Positions 46,697-60,119 of a stretch of DNA of 64,000 nucleotides are shown here, one piece after another. The stretch is from Octopus bimaculoides (lineage: Eukaryota). How positions within the stretch are numbered: position 1 is the stretch's first letter; every line of letters starts with the position of its first letter. The notes under the pieces were generated by a model. The model made no database searches. It was not told the origin of the DNA and worked only from the letters and a program-made list of their open reading frames with translations. Where the stretch lies: NCBI RefSeq assembly GCF_001194135.2, contig NC_068984.1, forward strand, positions 146,233,829 through 146,297,828, given 5' to 3'. The position numbers were made by a program, and so were the translations under genes.

Positions 46697-47049
46697 TTAA
46701 GCAGAGGGAAAAAATCCAACAATAAGTAGAAGACATGCAATCCAAATACTTTTGGAAATACCATGTATTACACAAGACAAGTCAGAGGTGAATGAAATCC
46801 AAGTATGGTTGAAAACCAACATATTGAAGCTTGCAGCTTGAATTAAATTTACCAAATTGGAAGAGTTGCAATTCTTCTATTGACTTTTCCAAGAATTTTA
46901 GGAGGTTGTTCACATCAACAAGTAATTTGGCATATGAAGTCCTTTGATTCTTTCACCAATCGGTAACTCTTCTTTTAAATATATTTTAGTAATTAATAAG
47001 CGAGGAAGGAAAATTAGAAGAGAATAATATAAACTCTTTGTTTATCAGC

Positions 47050-47290
47050 AGCAGAGGTTAGAAGAAGCACAGGCCAATGCCCACTGGCCAGCACCATGTG
47101 CTGACTTCACGGGGACAGGTCATAAGACCCAGCAACTGAGTCGTTAAGTGGAACCCTCAGAAACAGCAGCATAAAGGACATCCCAATATGAACTGGTACC
47201 AGACAATCAACAGGAACCGACAACAGGATTTGCACTGCAATTTGCTGCTAACCGATCCTACCGGACTACTTTGACTGCCTCTTGAGTCAC
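47050..47290 (+). pseudogene. Decayed RTE LINE ORF2 3' fragment
   Basis: WNPQKQQHKGHPNMNWYQTINR resembles the RTE motif WNPQGKRKRGRP..TW..TI. Confidence 0.45.
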
Positions 47291-48154
47291 ATGACATAGT
47301 CTTGGAGTAAATAAGTTCTTGCTGAGAAAAGCCCATAAAACAACTCCCACTTTTGGATCACCAGTTAGTTTACCTCTTTTGATGGCAACCTGCCTGAGAC
47401 AACCCTAATTCTAAATTACAAATTCTGTTTCAAAATGATCTCAAAGATTTTCATCAAAATTTCAGGTTAATTTACATTCCAAACACCAGCTTAATCAAGA
47501 CACATTTTACTAAATTCTTCATTATTTACAAAATTAATAGCAAGTCAATGGGTTTCACCAGAAATATGGTAATAAGAAAAAATACACGAACCGATAGGGT
47601 ATAAATCTCAATCGGATTTAAAAGGGTGGGCAACCTGTTCAAATGAAGCAGTAGATATAGGGCTTATTTATCATCTTTCTCCATACTTCCTTGAATCACT
47701 AAAAGATCAAGAGGGATACTAATACGAGCAACCAAATTTAAGGGATATTATCTATTTGAGCCTTTTGTTGAAATAGACTGCTTTTGTTTCAATTTTGAAA
47801 ATAATGAAGAATGTAGTTAAAATAACTCAATAAGATGGTGTTTTGGAACTTGAACATAAAATTTTGATTAAATTTACGTCACTTTAAAATAGGAAATTTA
47901 TATTACAGAACATTCTATAAAGTAGTTGGCATTAGGAAGGGCATCCGACAGTAAAAACCATGCCAAAAACAGACAGTGAAGCTCGACAGGATTCCTCTGG
48001 CTTGCCAGCTCGTGCCAAGCCATCCAACCAATGCCAGCATGGAAGACAGATGTTAAATGATGACAAGACAAACGAGGAGTGGTCCTAGACAAAATGGCAT
48101 TAAAAAATCTGAAAAAGATCACTGCTTCACTAAACAGCTGTGTATTTTGCATAC

Positions 48155-48545
48155 TGTGCTATGTGGTCAAGAAGTTTGCTTCTCTCAACCACATGGTTTT
48201 GGGTTCAGTCCCACAGCATGGTACCTTGAGCAAACATCTTCTCTATTATAGCCCTAGGCTGATCAAAGCCTTGTGAGTGGATTTGGAAGATGGAAACTGA
48301 AAGAAATCCATTGTGTATGTACAGGTGAGTTTGTTGGTGTCTCTGCCTTCATACGATTGCTGTTGTAAATGATTGCCAGTGTCATTCATTCCCAAAATAG
48401 AGTGAAAACTTGTCTGGCCATAGGGAAATATTACCTTGCTTGGAAACAGGTGAGGGTTGGTGACAGGAAGGGCATCCAGCCATAGAAAATCTGCCATAAT
48501 AAACACTCTCCAATCCACGCAAGCAGGGGACAAGTGGAGGTTAAC
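48155..48545 (+). mobile_element. tRNA-headed SINE (tail family)
   Basis: atgtggtcaagaagtttgc head, ccaaagccttgtgagtggatttgg-like core, ggttggtgacaggaagggcatccagccatagaaa tail. Confidence 0.85.
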
Positions 48546-49610
48546 AAGACAGACAGACAGATACATACATCCATCTATCCATCAGTAAAAACGTTTCTTC
48601 TACCTAAACCATTACAATGGACCTTAATACCAAGAACACGAGCCGAAGATGATGCTTCTCCATCACAAACTGAAAACATTGATAATAGACATTTATTTCA
48701 GAGAAATACTGGACTGAAATTGAAATGAAAGACTTGATTGCATCAAAGAGATTAACTCCAACAAACTCAAATTTCACAAGGGAACTTCTTTAAGCTCTTC
48801 TCAAATGGTCTCACAAACATTTCTTGGGGGACTTATAGCTAGTCAATGTATTACAAATACTTTTCGTTTCACTCCTCAGTGCTGGCCAAGCTTCAAATTT
48901 TAAACTCTTCATCCAAATCTCTTTTAAACGGTCGAATACTGATAATTTCCAATTAATAAAATTGGAAACTATTTCAAGTTAATTAGATATTCTAACAGTT
49001 ACCAGATTGTTTTGGTCTTCTAATTTAAAATGTCTAGTCTTAGATAAATTGTAATGATATACGTTAACATAAAGCACACAAAAGAAAAGGCCACAAGTGA
49101 TCATGGAAAAATTTTTACAAAAGAAAAATTCCATAACTAAATGAAATATCAGAGCACAACAGAAAATTTTAAATATTATCTATATCATAATAAAACTACT
49201 TATTTATTAGTTTGGAGTATGTAACTTTTACTAAAAGAAAGTCTACACTGTCAATAAAACCCTTAAAAATTCTAATTTTAATGTTTTCATCAAAATGTGG
49301 TTTACAAGGTTCTTTTATTATTGAAGAGTTCGACTACACGATGCAATCAGAAAACTAATTTCAATTCCTTGTGATCGTATTTTTCTTTTTAATGTTTTAC
49401 AACCTTCCCTCTTTGTCTTTTCTCTCTCTCTGTCACTGGCAATGACACAATTTATAAATATTTATATTGTTTATACTTCTAGAAGTATAAAAGTTCCCCA
49501 AATATTTCCACTGCTACTTCCTACACCCCTATCACTTTCATGAGGTTCAGAAATTGTATACAATAAACAAAAGGAAAGTATGCACATCTTAATCATATTA
49601 TCACCACCTG

Positions 49611-50012
49611 CAGGCATGGCTGTGTGGTAAGAAGCTGGCTTCCCAACCACACGGTTCTGGGTTCAGTCCCACTGCATGGCACCTTGGACAAATGTCTTCT
49701 ACTATAGCTCCAGGGCAACCAAAGCCTTGTGAGTGGATTTCGTAGACGAAAACTGGAAGAAGCCTGTCGTGTATATATACACATACACACACACATACAT
49801 ATACATGTATATATTTGTGTGTGTGTTTGTCCGCCCACCATCATTTGACAACCAATGCTGGTGTGTTTATGTCTCTGTGACTTTGTGGTTCAGCAAAGAG
49901 ACGGATAGAATAAGTACTAGGCTTACAAAGAATAAGCCCTAGGATTGATTTGTTTAACTAAAAGCGGTGCTCCAGCATGACTGCAGTAAAATGACAAACA
50001 AATAAAAGAATA
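49611..50012 (+). mobile_element. Full-length tRNA-headed SINE
   Basis: ggctgtgtggtaagaagc...gggttcagtcccactg head, ggcaccttggacaaatgtcttctactatagc core, internal (TA/TG)n, gataGAATAAGTACTAGGCTTAC segment and aataaaagaataaa tail. Confidence 0.85.
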
Positions 50013-53000
50013 AATCATTTAACATCCATGGTGGCATGGGTTGGATAGTTTGAGGGGATCTGGTGAATTGGAGACTTGCATCAAGCTCCAATATCAGCTT
50101 TGGCATGATTGGGTGCCTTTCCTAACACTAAGCTCTCTGCATTTTGTAATGGGTGCTTTTTCCCATGCCATTTTAGCCATTATATATTATCACACACAAC
50201 ACGGATGCAATAACTCACTAAGAGATACAAAGAATTCAATTTGGTTATCTTGGCTAACAAATCACTCATCAATTCCAGTGGTACTTATTGATGACGCTTA
50301 GCTTCAAACCAATTTTAGCCAAAGAGATTTCAACTAGGACCATCTCATTTTTCATTCATTGTATTTCCAATGTTTTGGGGATTTTTTTTTTGTTAAGTGA
50401 TAAGGTGTAATTTGAGAGGTTTGGATATTTTTGGTGGGTTGAGTGACCACAGACAGGCTCCAAAATACCTGGTGAGATTTAGTTACAGTGCTGAGATCAA
50501 CTCGCAGACTTCTGGAATTGATTTAATCAACTAACTCCTCGTCCAAAATAAGGCCTTGTACCAGCACTTCTTCATTCCAAGGATCTGACGAATGTAAAAA
50601 AATTTACCATGTCAGAAAATATTTTCCAGTTGATCAAGTCAAAACAATTTGAGGGCAAGAAGTCAAATCTGATGAAAGCTATAATTTTGCAGTTAAGTAA
50701 CTTAATCTCCTGTATTTGTTGTTAATCACTTTCTTTTCTATTAACATTCAATACATTTGTTAATTAACAGGAATGCTTTGTTGACATATGACAAAATACT
50801 AGGTGGATCCAACGAAAATAACGAAAACACCTAGCAGATACTACTGTCTGTCTACTGGCTTAATTTCATTTAATTAATTTCATTTTAATTAATTTCATTT
50901 TGTAGGAAAACAAAAATCATTTTGTGGATTGAGGAAAAAAAATCATTTGATTTATGATGCCATGGAGACGGAAAGGAGCTTTTGTGTCTACAAATTTGAG
51001 CTTAATTTACGAAAACTTAAAGGGTTAACCTAATCAATTGCCACAGGAATTTTGAGTGTATGTGCAGGAATATTCTGCATTTGAAATCCTGCATTATTTG
51101 TTTCTACCGATAAGTCTATCGTTGACATGATGTTCACATAGAACACCTGGCCATGCATGCAATGGTGGAAGAAAAGGACACGAGTTCAGATTGGTGCTGA
51201 GGCAAATGTTTGCTACAGCTAACATTTTAAATGCGGTGACGATTATTTTGGAGCCGGATAAAAGGTGCATATCCGAGACTAGCATGGGACACATAATACA
51301 AAAATAGTAATGCTATTTTCGTGGTTATCCAGTTTACATTTAGCGTAGCACACCAAACTGGAAACAAAATTGTTTCTTATCTCGACACCTTTTTCATGGG
51401 GAAACAGTGAATGGTACCGGTTCCTAAAAGCGAAGTTGCTATTATAGCAGAGAGAGAAAATGGCAATCATTAATGGGAATGGAAATTGAAGAGAGAAAGA
51501 GTTCTTGATTTATTTTTGAAGGAATACCGATTAATAAACAATGGCAACATACTAAATCAAGTGTCAATAGCTTTTTAAAAACCTGAAAAACTCAATGTAT
51601 TTATTATATCCTTTAAAAAATCTATACTTTACAAAGAATTATTATATAAGGATCGAAATTGCAGATTTAACACAGTTCCAATATTATAGACAGACACATG
51701 TAACGTGAGGTAAAAAAAAAAAGTCTTAAACCAAGAATCAAAACAAACATCAATAAAAATGATGAGATTAAACTGAATAGTCAATCGAATTTACCGATTG
51801 TCATTCTATCGACCCAGGTGTGAACTTCGAGGTAATGTACGTCGTTTGCACAAAATTCCAGTAACACTAATTAAAATAAATAATTAGACTTAAAGAGTCC
51901 AGTGTTTTCCAAGACAACATCAGATTACAGACTTTAAAAGAATAAAATGACGCTGTACAAAACATTTGCCTGAAACAATATCAAACTTCAATATTTCTTT
52001 TAGGTAACAGTATTCCTTAAACAAGTACAACAAAAATATTATATAAGAAGATATAAAATGGAAAGAAAGCGACCGCGTAATAAGAAATGAAAAAAAAAAT
52101 AGCACGAGGGAGTCTTTCCCGAATTACGGAAACGAAGGGAATCCTTTCGAAATGAATTAATCGTGTACTCCACTTCATTGAGCTTTTCTCTTCTTTTCAA
52201 AACGTTGAGCAAACGTAATTTACTTTACAAATTACACAAAAACTGTTGGGTTTCATACGTAAGCGTGAAACTTAATAAGACTGCGTCATACATACAAACA
52301 ACATCTGTGAACCATATTTCAATTATTCCAGCCTGAACAATTTATAGAGTAACATTAGGTACATATAGGCAAAAAGAGGCAATACCAAGCCAAATTATTT
52401 CATAAAATAACAGTATCAAAAGACAAATACAATCGCATTTCTAAAATGACGTAAGCAGAAGCAATTTCCCGACTGGCTTCAATTTCCCCACGCCACAAAA
52501 ATCCGAAAAACCAAAACAAAATTCGCAGATGTACCCCACCACCACGTGCCAAATATGCTTTGACAACATATATATAAACGATTTGACAATTGACTGGATT
52601 TTTTAAAACCTCGAGTACTTTTTCACGACGAAGCATTACATGTGTGTGTGTGTGGGGGGGGGGGGGGGGGTCATTAAAGAACAGGTGGATTCGGGTGCAC
52701 AAAACAGAAATTCGAAGAATATTTACGAGAGAGAGAGAGCATTGTTTATCTGTTTTGAAGTATAGATTCATTTCGGCAAATCAAACCTAGTTAGAATTCT
52801 TATAATCTCCAACTATTGCGCTTACTTTATTGTTTTGTTTTTTTTATTATTAAACTGCTTTCTCTTCTACTTCACCATTAAATGGTAAAACAAAGAAAGC
52901 AGCGAGTGTCAAAGTAAAGTGAAACCAACAATCATGAAGAATGTATAAAAATAACTTGGCTCTCCTGAATCACTGGAACGAATACGTAACTACTTCAAAA

Positions 53001-53184
53001 TAGTTGTGTGTTTGTGTCTGTCTGTCCGTATCCCTCTTAAAGTCCTACAATGGTTACAAAAATAGGAAATCCATAAGATCGGATTCGTTCTTCGAAAAAT
53101 CTCACAAATTGTTGCAATTATTGTCATTTAATTCTGTCGAAAAGATATGCCAATGAATGACGCTGACGTTGGAACTGGTCTTAC

Positions 53185-53300
53185 TTTCCGGGAGAACTGG
53201 CGGTGAGAGAACCGAGTCCGGCAGAAACGGGTGCATTCAATACAAATTGGTTGAACAAGCTTACAGAATGTTGGTTAGAAGAAAGAAATCCGTTTTTATT
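53185..53300 (-). other. Candidate first (non-coding) exon of the ZNF385-like gene
   Basis: Minus-strand donor CCCGGAAA|gtaaga (intron starts 53184) in a GC/CpG-rich patch, with CCAAT about 60 nt upstream; no transcript evidence. Confidence 0.3.
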
Positions 53301-54469
53301 TCCCCACCCCCTCAACGAATTATTACAATATAGAGTTAAACAACGGACACTGGCTTAACCGGTGTTTTTTAAGCAAAAAAAAGGAAGAAAGGTAACGCCA
53401 CCTCTCCTGGCTTTCATTCAATAATGCATTCTGCTTGGAACACATTGTATCCGTTGGTTGGTGGTAAGCTTATGACGATATCGTTAAATACAAAACGCAA
53501 TTTACCAATATTCCGTAATAATGAATACCCAACATTTTATTGATAGATCGCCTGATAACGGGATCCATACCGAAATTGTTGGATGCATGTAGTGAAGAAG
53601 AAACGCTTAAGAATTTACATTTTCGAGTTTTGGGTGACACGATGAAATAAAATATAGAGCCAGGACACATCTTTTTGAAATTCCTTTTGATTGCTATGCC
53701 ATCTTGTTATATAGTTAAACTCTAGTCCGAACAGAGATCTCCGGTCACAAATTTCTCTTCCAAAGTCTTTCAAATTGATGTTTATGTCAACTTTTCAAAC
53801 AACGTTAAATTAATTCAAATGTCAGCTAATTAACAATGTATCTTATTAAATTCTTCATTATTTTCAAATTCAAATTAAATAAAAAGCATTGTATTTCAAC
53901 AGAACTATGGTAAGCGATGGTGGTATTGAGAAATGAAAGTAGAAATCTCTAACTTTTAGGGGCACGCGTGCCTGTGGAGTACTCAGCCTCTTGCAACCTA
54001 ATTTCACGAGAGGGCTGTTCCGTTGATCGGATCAACTGGAACCCTTGTCGTCGTAACCGACGGAGGGCCAATAGACGCCACTTGCATATATTTTACATAT
54101 ATATATATATAGTGTGTGTGTCTACTGTACACCCCGGTGTGAATGATTTGTCCCGTTCGCTTGACAAATTTGTCCTGGTTATGGACTAAGTAAAAAAAAA
54201 AAAAACCTTAAGCTATTGAAATCACATACAAACAACTAATGCTTATCCCCAGATTCCAGAGATACAGAATACAATATAGAATTAATGGAAGTTTTTTTGA
54301 TCAAACTCTAAAGTTCGGAATCAAATAGGAGAAAAGAGGATGCACATTGTGGACGGAGAAAATGAAGCTATGAAATCAATACAGATGCAATAAGAACCTC
54401 GGTTTTCGACCAACCCTGATCACTAATACATCGTACTTGATCTCCTGTCTTTCTCATATTCATTTAATA

Positions 54470-54554
54470 CAGTCGTACCTCGGTTTACGAACGCCTCTGA
54501 TCACGAGCACGGTCTATTCGCGATCAGAGTTGTTCGAAAACTGAGGTACTACTG
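54470..54554. mobile_element. 85-bp Tigger/pogo-like foldback MITE with TA TSD
   Basis: ta|cagtcgtacctcggtttacgaac...gttcgaaaactgaggtactactg|ta; the arms pair over ~37 bp. A partial copy lies just upstream at ~54393-54423. Confidence 0.85.
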
Positions 54555-55289
54555 TACCTATGATTTTAAAGTCGTTCTGGTTTGAGCGTTAGGCCCTATG
54601 GTAAGACTGGACACACACACACACACATATATGAAATCATATTGAGTGGCCTATTTAAAAGAACATATTTAGATCACTTAAAAAGAACTAGGTCTTAGTG
54701 TTAATGTCTTGCTAAAAACATTGATTTCAATGTTCAGTAGAAGGTATCGGATATAATATATATTTTAGCACAAAACTCTCAAACCTTGAATCACTCAATT
54801 ACTTCTGCTAGATATTAATAATATTTATATATACATACTCATATTTTGAGTTCTATTTTTCCTGTTTGCGCCAACATATATACGTGGTTATGCATTTGTG
54901 CCACCTTGTCAACAAACAAGCGGTGTCCATTTCCAATCTTCCGTGGAAAACATGCGGGTGTTAGCGACAGAAAAGGTATCTTTGCTCGTAAAATATTGGC
55001 CTGGACGAATTCCGCCTGACCCATGCGTGTAAGGAAAAGTAGACATTAAAACGATGATAATACACAGTTCCCCAAATCCTGCAGTTTGGGTCGCTTCAAA
55101 TTCGTTACCGTCAATATTTACATTCAAGAATAAAGATGTAAATATAAATATAAGGGGAGGGGGAAGATTTTCAGAACTAGATGCAATTTAAAAGGTTTAC
55201 AGCAAAAAGGTTCGAGAATATGCCGATTCAACAGCCATTGAAAACGACGAGCAATTCCCAAAAAAGTACGTTTCCATATTTCCATAAAA

Positions 55290-55422
55290 AAATGTCCAGT
55301 CACGGGAAATAAGTGACGGTTTGCGACGGGAAGGGCATCCAGCCGTTGAAAATCCGCCTCCAGAAAATTCCGTCCGACCCATGCTAGCATAGGAAAAGTG
55401 GACGTTAAACCGATGATGATTA
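55290..55422 (+). mobile_element. SINE tail copy with retained CpGs
   Basis: gacggtttgcgacgggaagggcatccagccgttgaaaatccgcc...ggacgttaaaccgatgatg; a second CpG-retaining copy lies at ~54880-55060. Confidence 0.8.
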
Positions 55423-55989
55423 TATACAAGTGTCGCAGAGGCTTGTGCGTTTACAGTTGGGTGGTTTTGACACTTAAGTATGCATTCGTATAATTTTTTT
55501 TTCCAGCGATAAAATAGTTGTGTTTGAATACCAAAGTAAAAAAAAAAAAAAAACTTGTTTTAAAACCGGCATATTTTTATATTCCGGCACTAATCAGGTC
55601 CCGAAGGCGCTAATGGGATAACTATAAATAGGCACCAACAAATATGAATACACAAAATAGTTTGAAATTACCACAAATAGGTAATAAAGATCTGTAATTG
55701 TCAATTTATAACCAACTGGAACATATTTTACATAATAAAATCCTAATTTTCAAGTCTGTTGAAACAAAATCTCTTGAAAGACACGAATTCACATCAAGAA
55801 TGTTGCAAGTCAAATACAAAAACGAAATAACTTTACTACGAACCCTAAAATGTCAATTTTCTCTTAGAACCAGGTTAGATACAGAATCAATCAATTAAAA
55901 CAATAATTTGCTCGTTACACAGATTGTAGGTGCAAGGATTTTGCATTCGAACTTAAATCGAAACTGACATTCTAATATCAGTAATTTTA

Positions 55990-56135
55990 AAGGTGGGAGG
56001 GGCCGATTACTTTGTTTTACCGACCCCGAAAGGAGGAAACGGCAAAGTTGACTTTGGCGGAATTAGAACTTAGAGCATAAAAAGAGCCGGAAGAAACACC
56101 GCTAAGCATTTTGTCCGGAGTGCTAACGATCCTGC
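55990..56135 (-). mobile_element. tRNA-headed SINE (second core family), minus
   Basis: Reverse complement of the 36222 family: accgaccccgaaaggaggaaacggcaaagttgac...ccgctaagcattttgtccggagtgctaacgatcctgccag. Confidence 0.7.
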
Positions 56136-59100
56136 CAGTTTGGTGTTTTTGAATAAAATCTAAATTGCAATGTGAAACAAGGCTGGTCGGTAGCACCATG
56201 TGCAGACATTAACTTCCGCTGGTTTCTGTCAATCGTTGACAAGGGAAGGTTTTATATATGTTTTATGGTTATTTAATCACATCACAACTATGGAGAGATG
56301 TACGAGGATTAATAAAACAACAAAAACAAAAAGGCATGAAAATGCGAAGTAGTTGTACGGAAAGGCTATTAGTGTCTCAATTTTGCTGCTCCAACTAACA
56401 ATATATATACCGACATGGTTAATGTGTTATGTGACAATTTTTGGCGCCGGGCAAATCGCGCATGTCCGAGGCTGAGAACATGTGACACATTCAGTTATGA
56501 CTTGGGAAGAGACGAGAGATTGTTTGATCCTTTTCTGTGAACCTTGGAGGACGTCAAATAATTGCTTGTAACAGATCACACGAATTGTAAACAAACAGTC
56601 CCTTATCTCATTGATAACAGAGACTGGCTGTGATGGGCACGGGTTCCTTAAAGAATAGGTTGACAGTAAAGTTGGAAAGGGAAAAAAAAGCAACCACAAT
56701 TGAAATGAAATAAAATCAAAGAAACAAGATGAGTTTAGATTACAAAAAGGGGGTTGGAATCTAGTGTGAGAATTGAAACTGAACAAAGAAAACGTTCTTA
56801 TTTTACAAGAAATATTGCTAACAACTTGATGGCTAAGCGCCAAAATAACAAAAGCAAATTATTTTTTTATCGATATATCTATCAGACCTGTTTTACGGTT
56901 AGCTCTGGAAATTTTTTTTTCTTTTACTAAGAAAAACTTCGTAGATTTATCAGCTGCAATGATTAATTCCAACATGAAGGATTAAATTTACAGAGCAAGG
57001 TAACAACGACCGCGTGTGACGACGTCCATAACTTGTTTCAAGGACGTGAAAAGAAATATCGGTTACTCTCAAGAATGGAAACTGAAGCTTTTAAACACCG
57101 GGATGAAACGATTAGATCGAATCCATTCGTCAATCGAATTCACCGGTTCTCATTCAATCGGTATCGACATGCTTTAGGAGTCGTTTAAACTAAATTAGAA
57201 TATAACGATGTTTATATATTGAGTTGCAATTTACTCGTAAATTACAACTCGATGTTCTGTTTTTCTTCTAAAGCAACAATCGTACATCAGAGAAAAACAA
57301 ACCGATATACAATGAGGATGTATATTGGTTTCGGTGAACCTTTCTAGAAAGGTACCAGCAAATAAATAACACAAAATTCATTTATCTACATGCGTGTATA
57401 TAATGTTCTGCGACGCAGTGAGTTCTTCACTCGAATACAAGACACATTACGAACAAACAGTGGCATACTTTCGCCCAGCTTACTTTATCAAAAAGACCGA
57501 AAACAAAACGAAATAGGGAACAGACAGTTCTTCAATATTTCATAATGCCAACACTATCAGATAACAAAAAAGAGAGAGAAAAAAAAGTAGGGTAAATCAA
57601 AAACCAAGCAGCACCAAAACAAAACAATTTCCATGTTACATACATGCATATATACACCCAGGCAGGCACGTGGAATAGACATGAGTACACGCCTAGATAT
57701 ATATATACACAGCACGTATCGCAAAATGTTTCATTCCTCCTTTCGCCATGCGTATTCTCAATGGCGCCGGTCGTTTCAATCATATAAGAAGAGATTGAAG
57801 AACAAGGGGAATATCTGCAAACTGTTTATTTCCTTTACATCAAACAAACCCGTCGCTTTCATATTCCACAATCGTCAGCATTAATTTCTTAAAAACTGAA
57901 TCGAATTAGACTGAAATACATTTCGCCACATTCTCTCTTTTCCTTCCTCGCTTTACGTATATAACGCATAAAACAAAGCCTGAGATAAATTGGCCTATTT
58001 TATAAATAAGCCGAGTTAAAGTAACATAAAAGTATGAAACTGTTAGCTCTCAGTTCTCTATCAAATTGATACACAGACATTTCTTTTCGTTGTTGGTAAC
58101 ATTAGAATTTCTTTTCTCTCCAAAACACACCGAATTTTCAACCTATATATATTGGGGGGGGGGGTGAAACTATACATTGCTAACACACGAAACTTTCGGC
58201 CCTTCACTCATCCACTAACTTTTTTTCCCCGATTATATATATATATATAATTCCAAGATGATGATTATATGTAAAAGAAGGTGGAGGAAATACGCGGTCA
58301 TGAAGAAGAAAAAAAGAAGAGGAGGAAGAAGCTGACTTCTTGGTGGCGGTAATCGAGTGTGAAGGAAATGAGAAATGAGGGAGGAAGTTGATCTAACCCT
58401 AACCCAAATCACCGATTTTACACCGAAGAAGAGATTTAGACAAACACGGCTATTTATGTTGCTTAACATGGAACTGATTTGAAATGGTCAGAAAGAAGAG
58501 AAAGGCGGGCAATTGAAGATGAAGTCGGGGGGGTTTAGACATTCCATTCTCCTCCAGCACCCTGATAGATACCGCACATCATACACTCACTCACACAGGT
58601 CCTTCCATTAAAGGATCATATTTTAATTGCTTATACGTTTTTACCGCCATTATTATTATTATCGTTAGAAAAGGAAAAGGTGTTATATTTCTTAAATTTT
58701 TTTTAATACAATCGACTTCTCCACATTTTTCCTATCTAAAGATTATCAGATAATTCATTACTAAGGTGAAAATGGAAACTTATTATTTTCTAAAATGAAT
58801 AAATATACAGCTATAAAAAAAAAGCCTCATTGATATTTTTTAAACAGAAAAGAGACGGTAAAATCGTATCAAGAAAATGATATGGGTTTAAAAATAAAGA
58901 AATGTCACTAAAATGGCAGGCAAGGCCTAGATTGTGAAAGAAAAATGCAGAAATAATGAAGGGTAGGTTTTGTTGAAGATAGACGATGGGAAGCGATGAA
59001 AGTGAAGTGAAATAGTGGCAGAGTTTTAATTAAACCGGCTAAATGCTAATTATAAATGTATATTTCATGCATAGATATATATTGCTGATAATGACCGATT

Positions 59101-59329
59101 ATTAAAGTATATAAATATCGAAGTGCGTATGATATTTGTGTTGGTTGTAAATGCTGCTCGTCCGTTCCATCTGCCGTGTCGCCGTTGCTAGTAATGTCTT
59201 CTAAAGGAGAGAGAACATGACGGCGATGGAGGCCGGCATTGACGCACAATCATTTCGATGTTGTCTAGTGAAGAAAAATAGTTGGCTGCAGAATCATGTA
59301 GGATGTGTTTCATACACATTACAAATGAC

Positions 59330-59339
59330 NNNNNNNNNN
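59330..59339. other. Assembly gap (10 N)
   Basis: N run abutting a poly-G tract. Confidence 0.95.
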
Positions 59340-60065
59340 GGGGGGGGGGGGAAGACAATTAAATTGAAAAGAAGAAAACTACAAAAATAACGAAGGGAGA
59401 AAAAGAGCAACCAAAAATAATGTTAATTTCAATCGTGTATTATTTGTTTTAATTTTGATAATTAACAATCGACTATTACAACAAATAGACTGCCAAGTCT
59501 TGTAATATATACACTCGTAATATATATACATATATATATTTATGAATATATGGTCCAAGACAAAAAAGCAACCGGCGGAAATAGGTTTACAAATGGGGAG
59601 GGGGTATCATGTACATTGCAAATCGCGCTTAGATCTGAACTGTGCCATTATATTCTCCCCAATTCAATGTGTTAGCATCTTGTTTCGACCGGAGAAAAAT
59701 ATATTTTGATAAATATGAGGCATTTTGGAAAGTAAAAGTGTTTTTGGGGGTTTAACATAGAATCAATTAAATGTTACATTTCAAAATAGGAGGGAAGAAG
59801 GGGCGAGCAAAGAGGTTCGGGTTTCCATCTTTTTTTCTGCTCATCACCATTTATCTGTCAACGAAATCTACGTATTTCTTAATTACAACAAAAGGTATAA
59901 AACGGTAGTTAGATAATGTGTATTAATTAGGGGAAAGCAGAGGGAAATAATGGTGAAAAAAGAGGAGAAAATCTGATAAATTGTTCGAGGAGAACAAAAC
60001 GATAGCCGACATTGCGAGGGGGGGGGAGGAGGTCAGAGAACAAAAGAAAGCCGAGGAGTTACGCA

Positions 60066-60119
60066 AAATTGGGAAGTAAAATTAGTTTTAAGAAATTGGG
60101 AAGTAAAATTAGTTTTAAG
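60066..60119. repeat. Perfect 27-bp tandem duplication
   Basis: aaattgggaagtaaaattagttttaag x2. Confidence 0.9.

Noticed and set aside
49611-49690. tRNA genes (this and similar heads at 1438, 6245, 35670, 48155, 62363)
   Set aside because: Only A/B-box-like heads without a cloverleaf, continuing into SINE cores.
52400-56843. 123-aa (52400-52771) and 138-aa (56427-56843) minus-strand ORFs as upstream coding exons
   Set aside because: Low-complexity content, no zinc-finger or other domain, and no phase-compatible splice sites linking them to exon 40288.
59046-59249. Upstream exon after a good acceptor (ttctctctcctttag)
   Set aside because: No donor found and short frames only; cannot be distinguished from chance.
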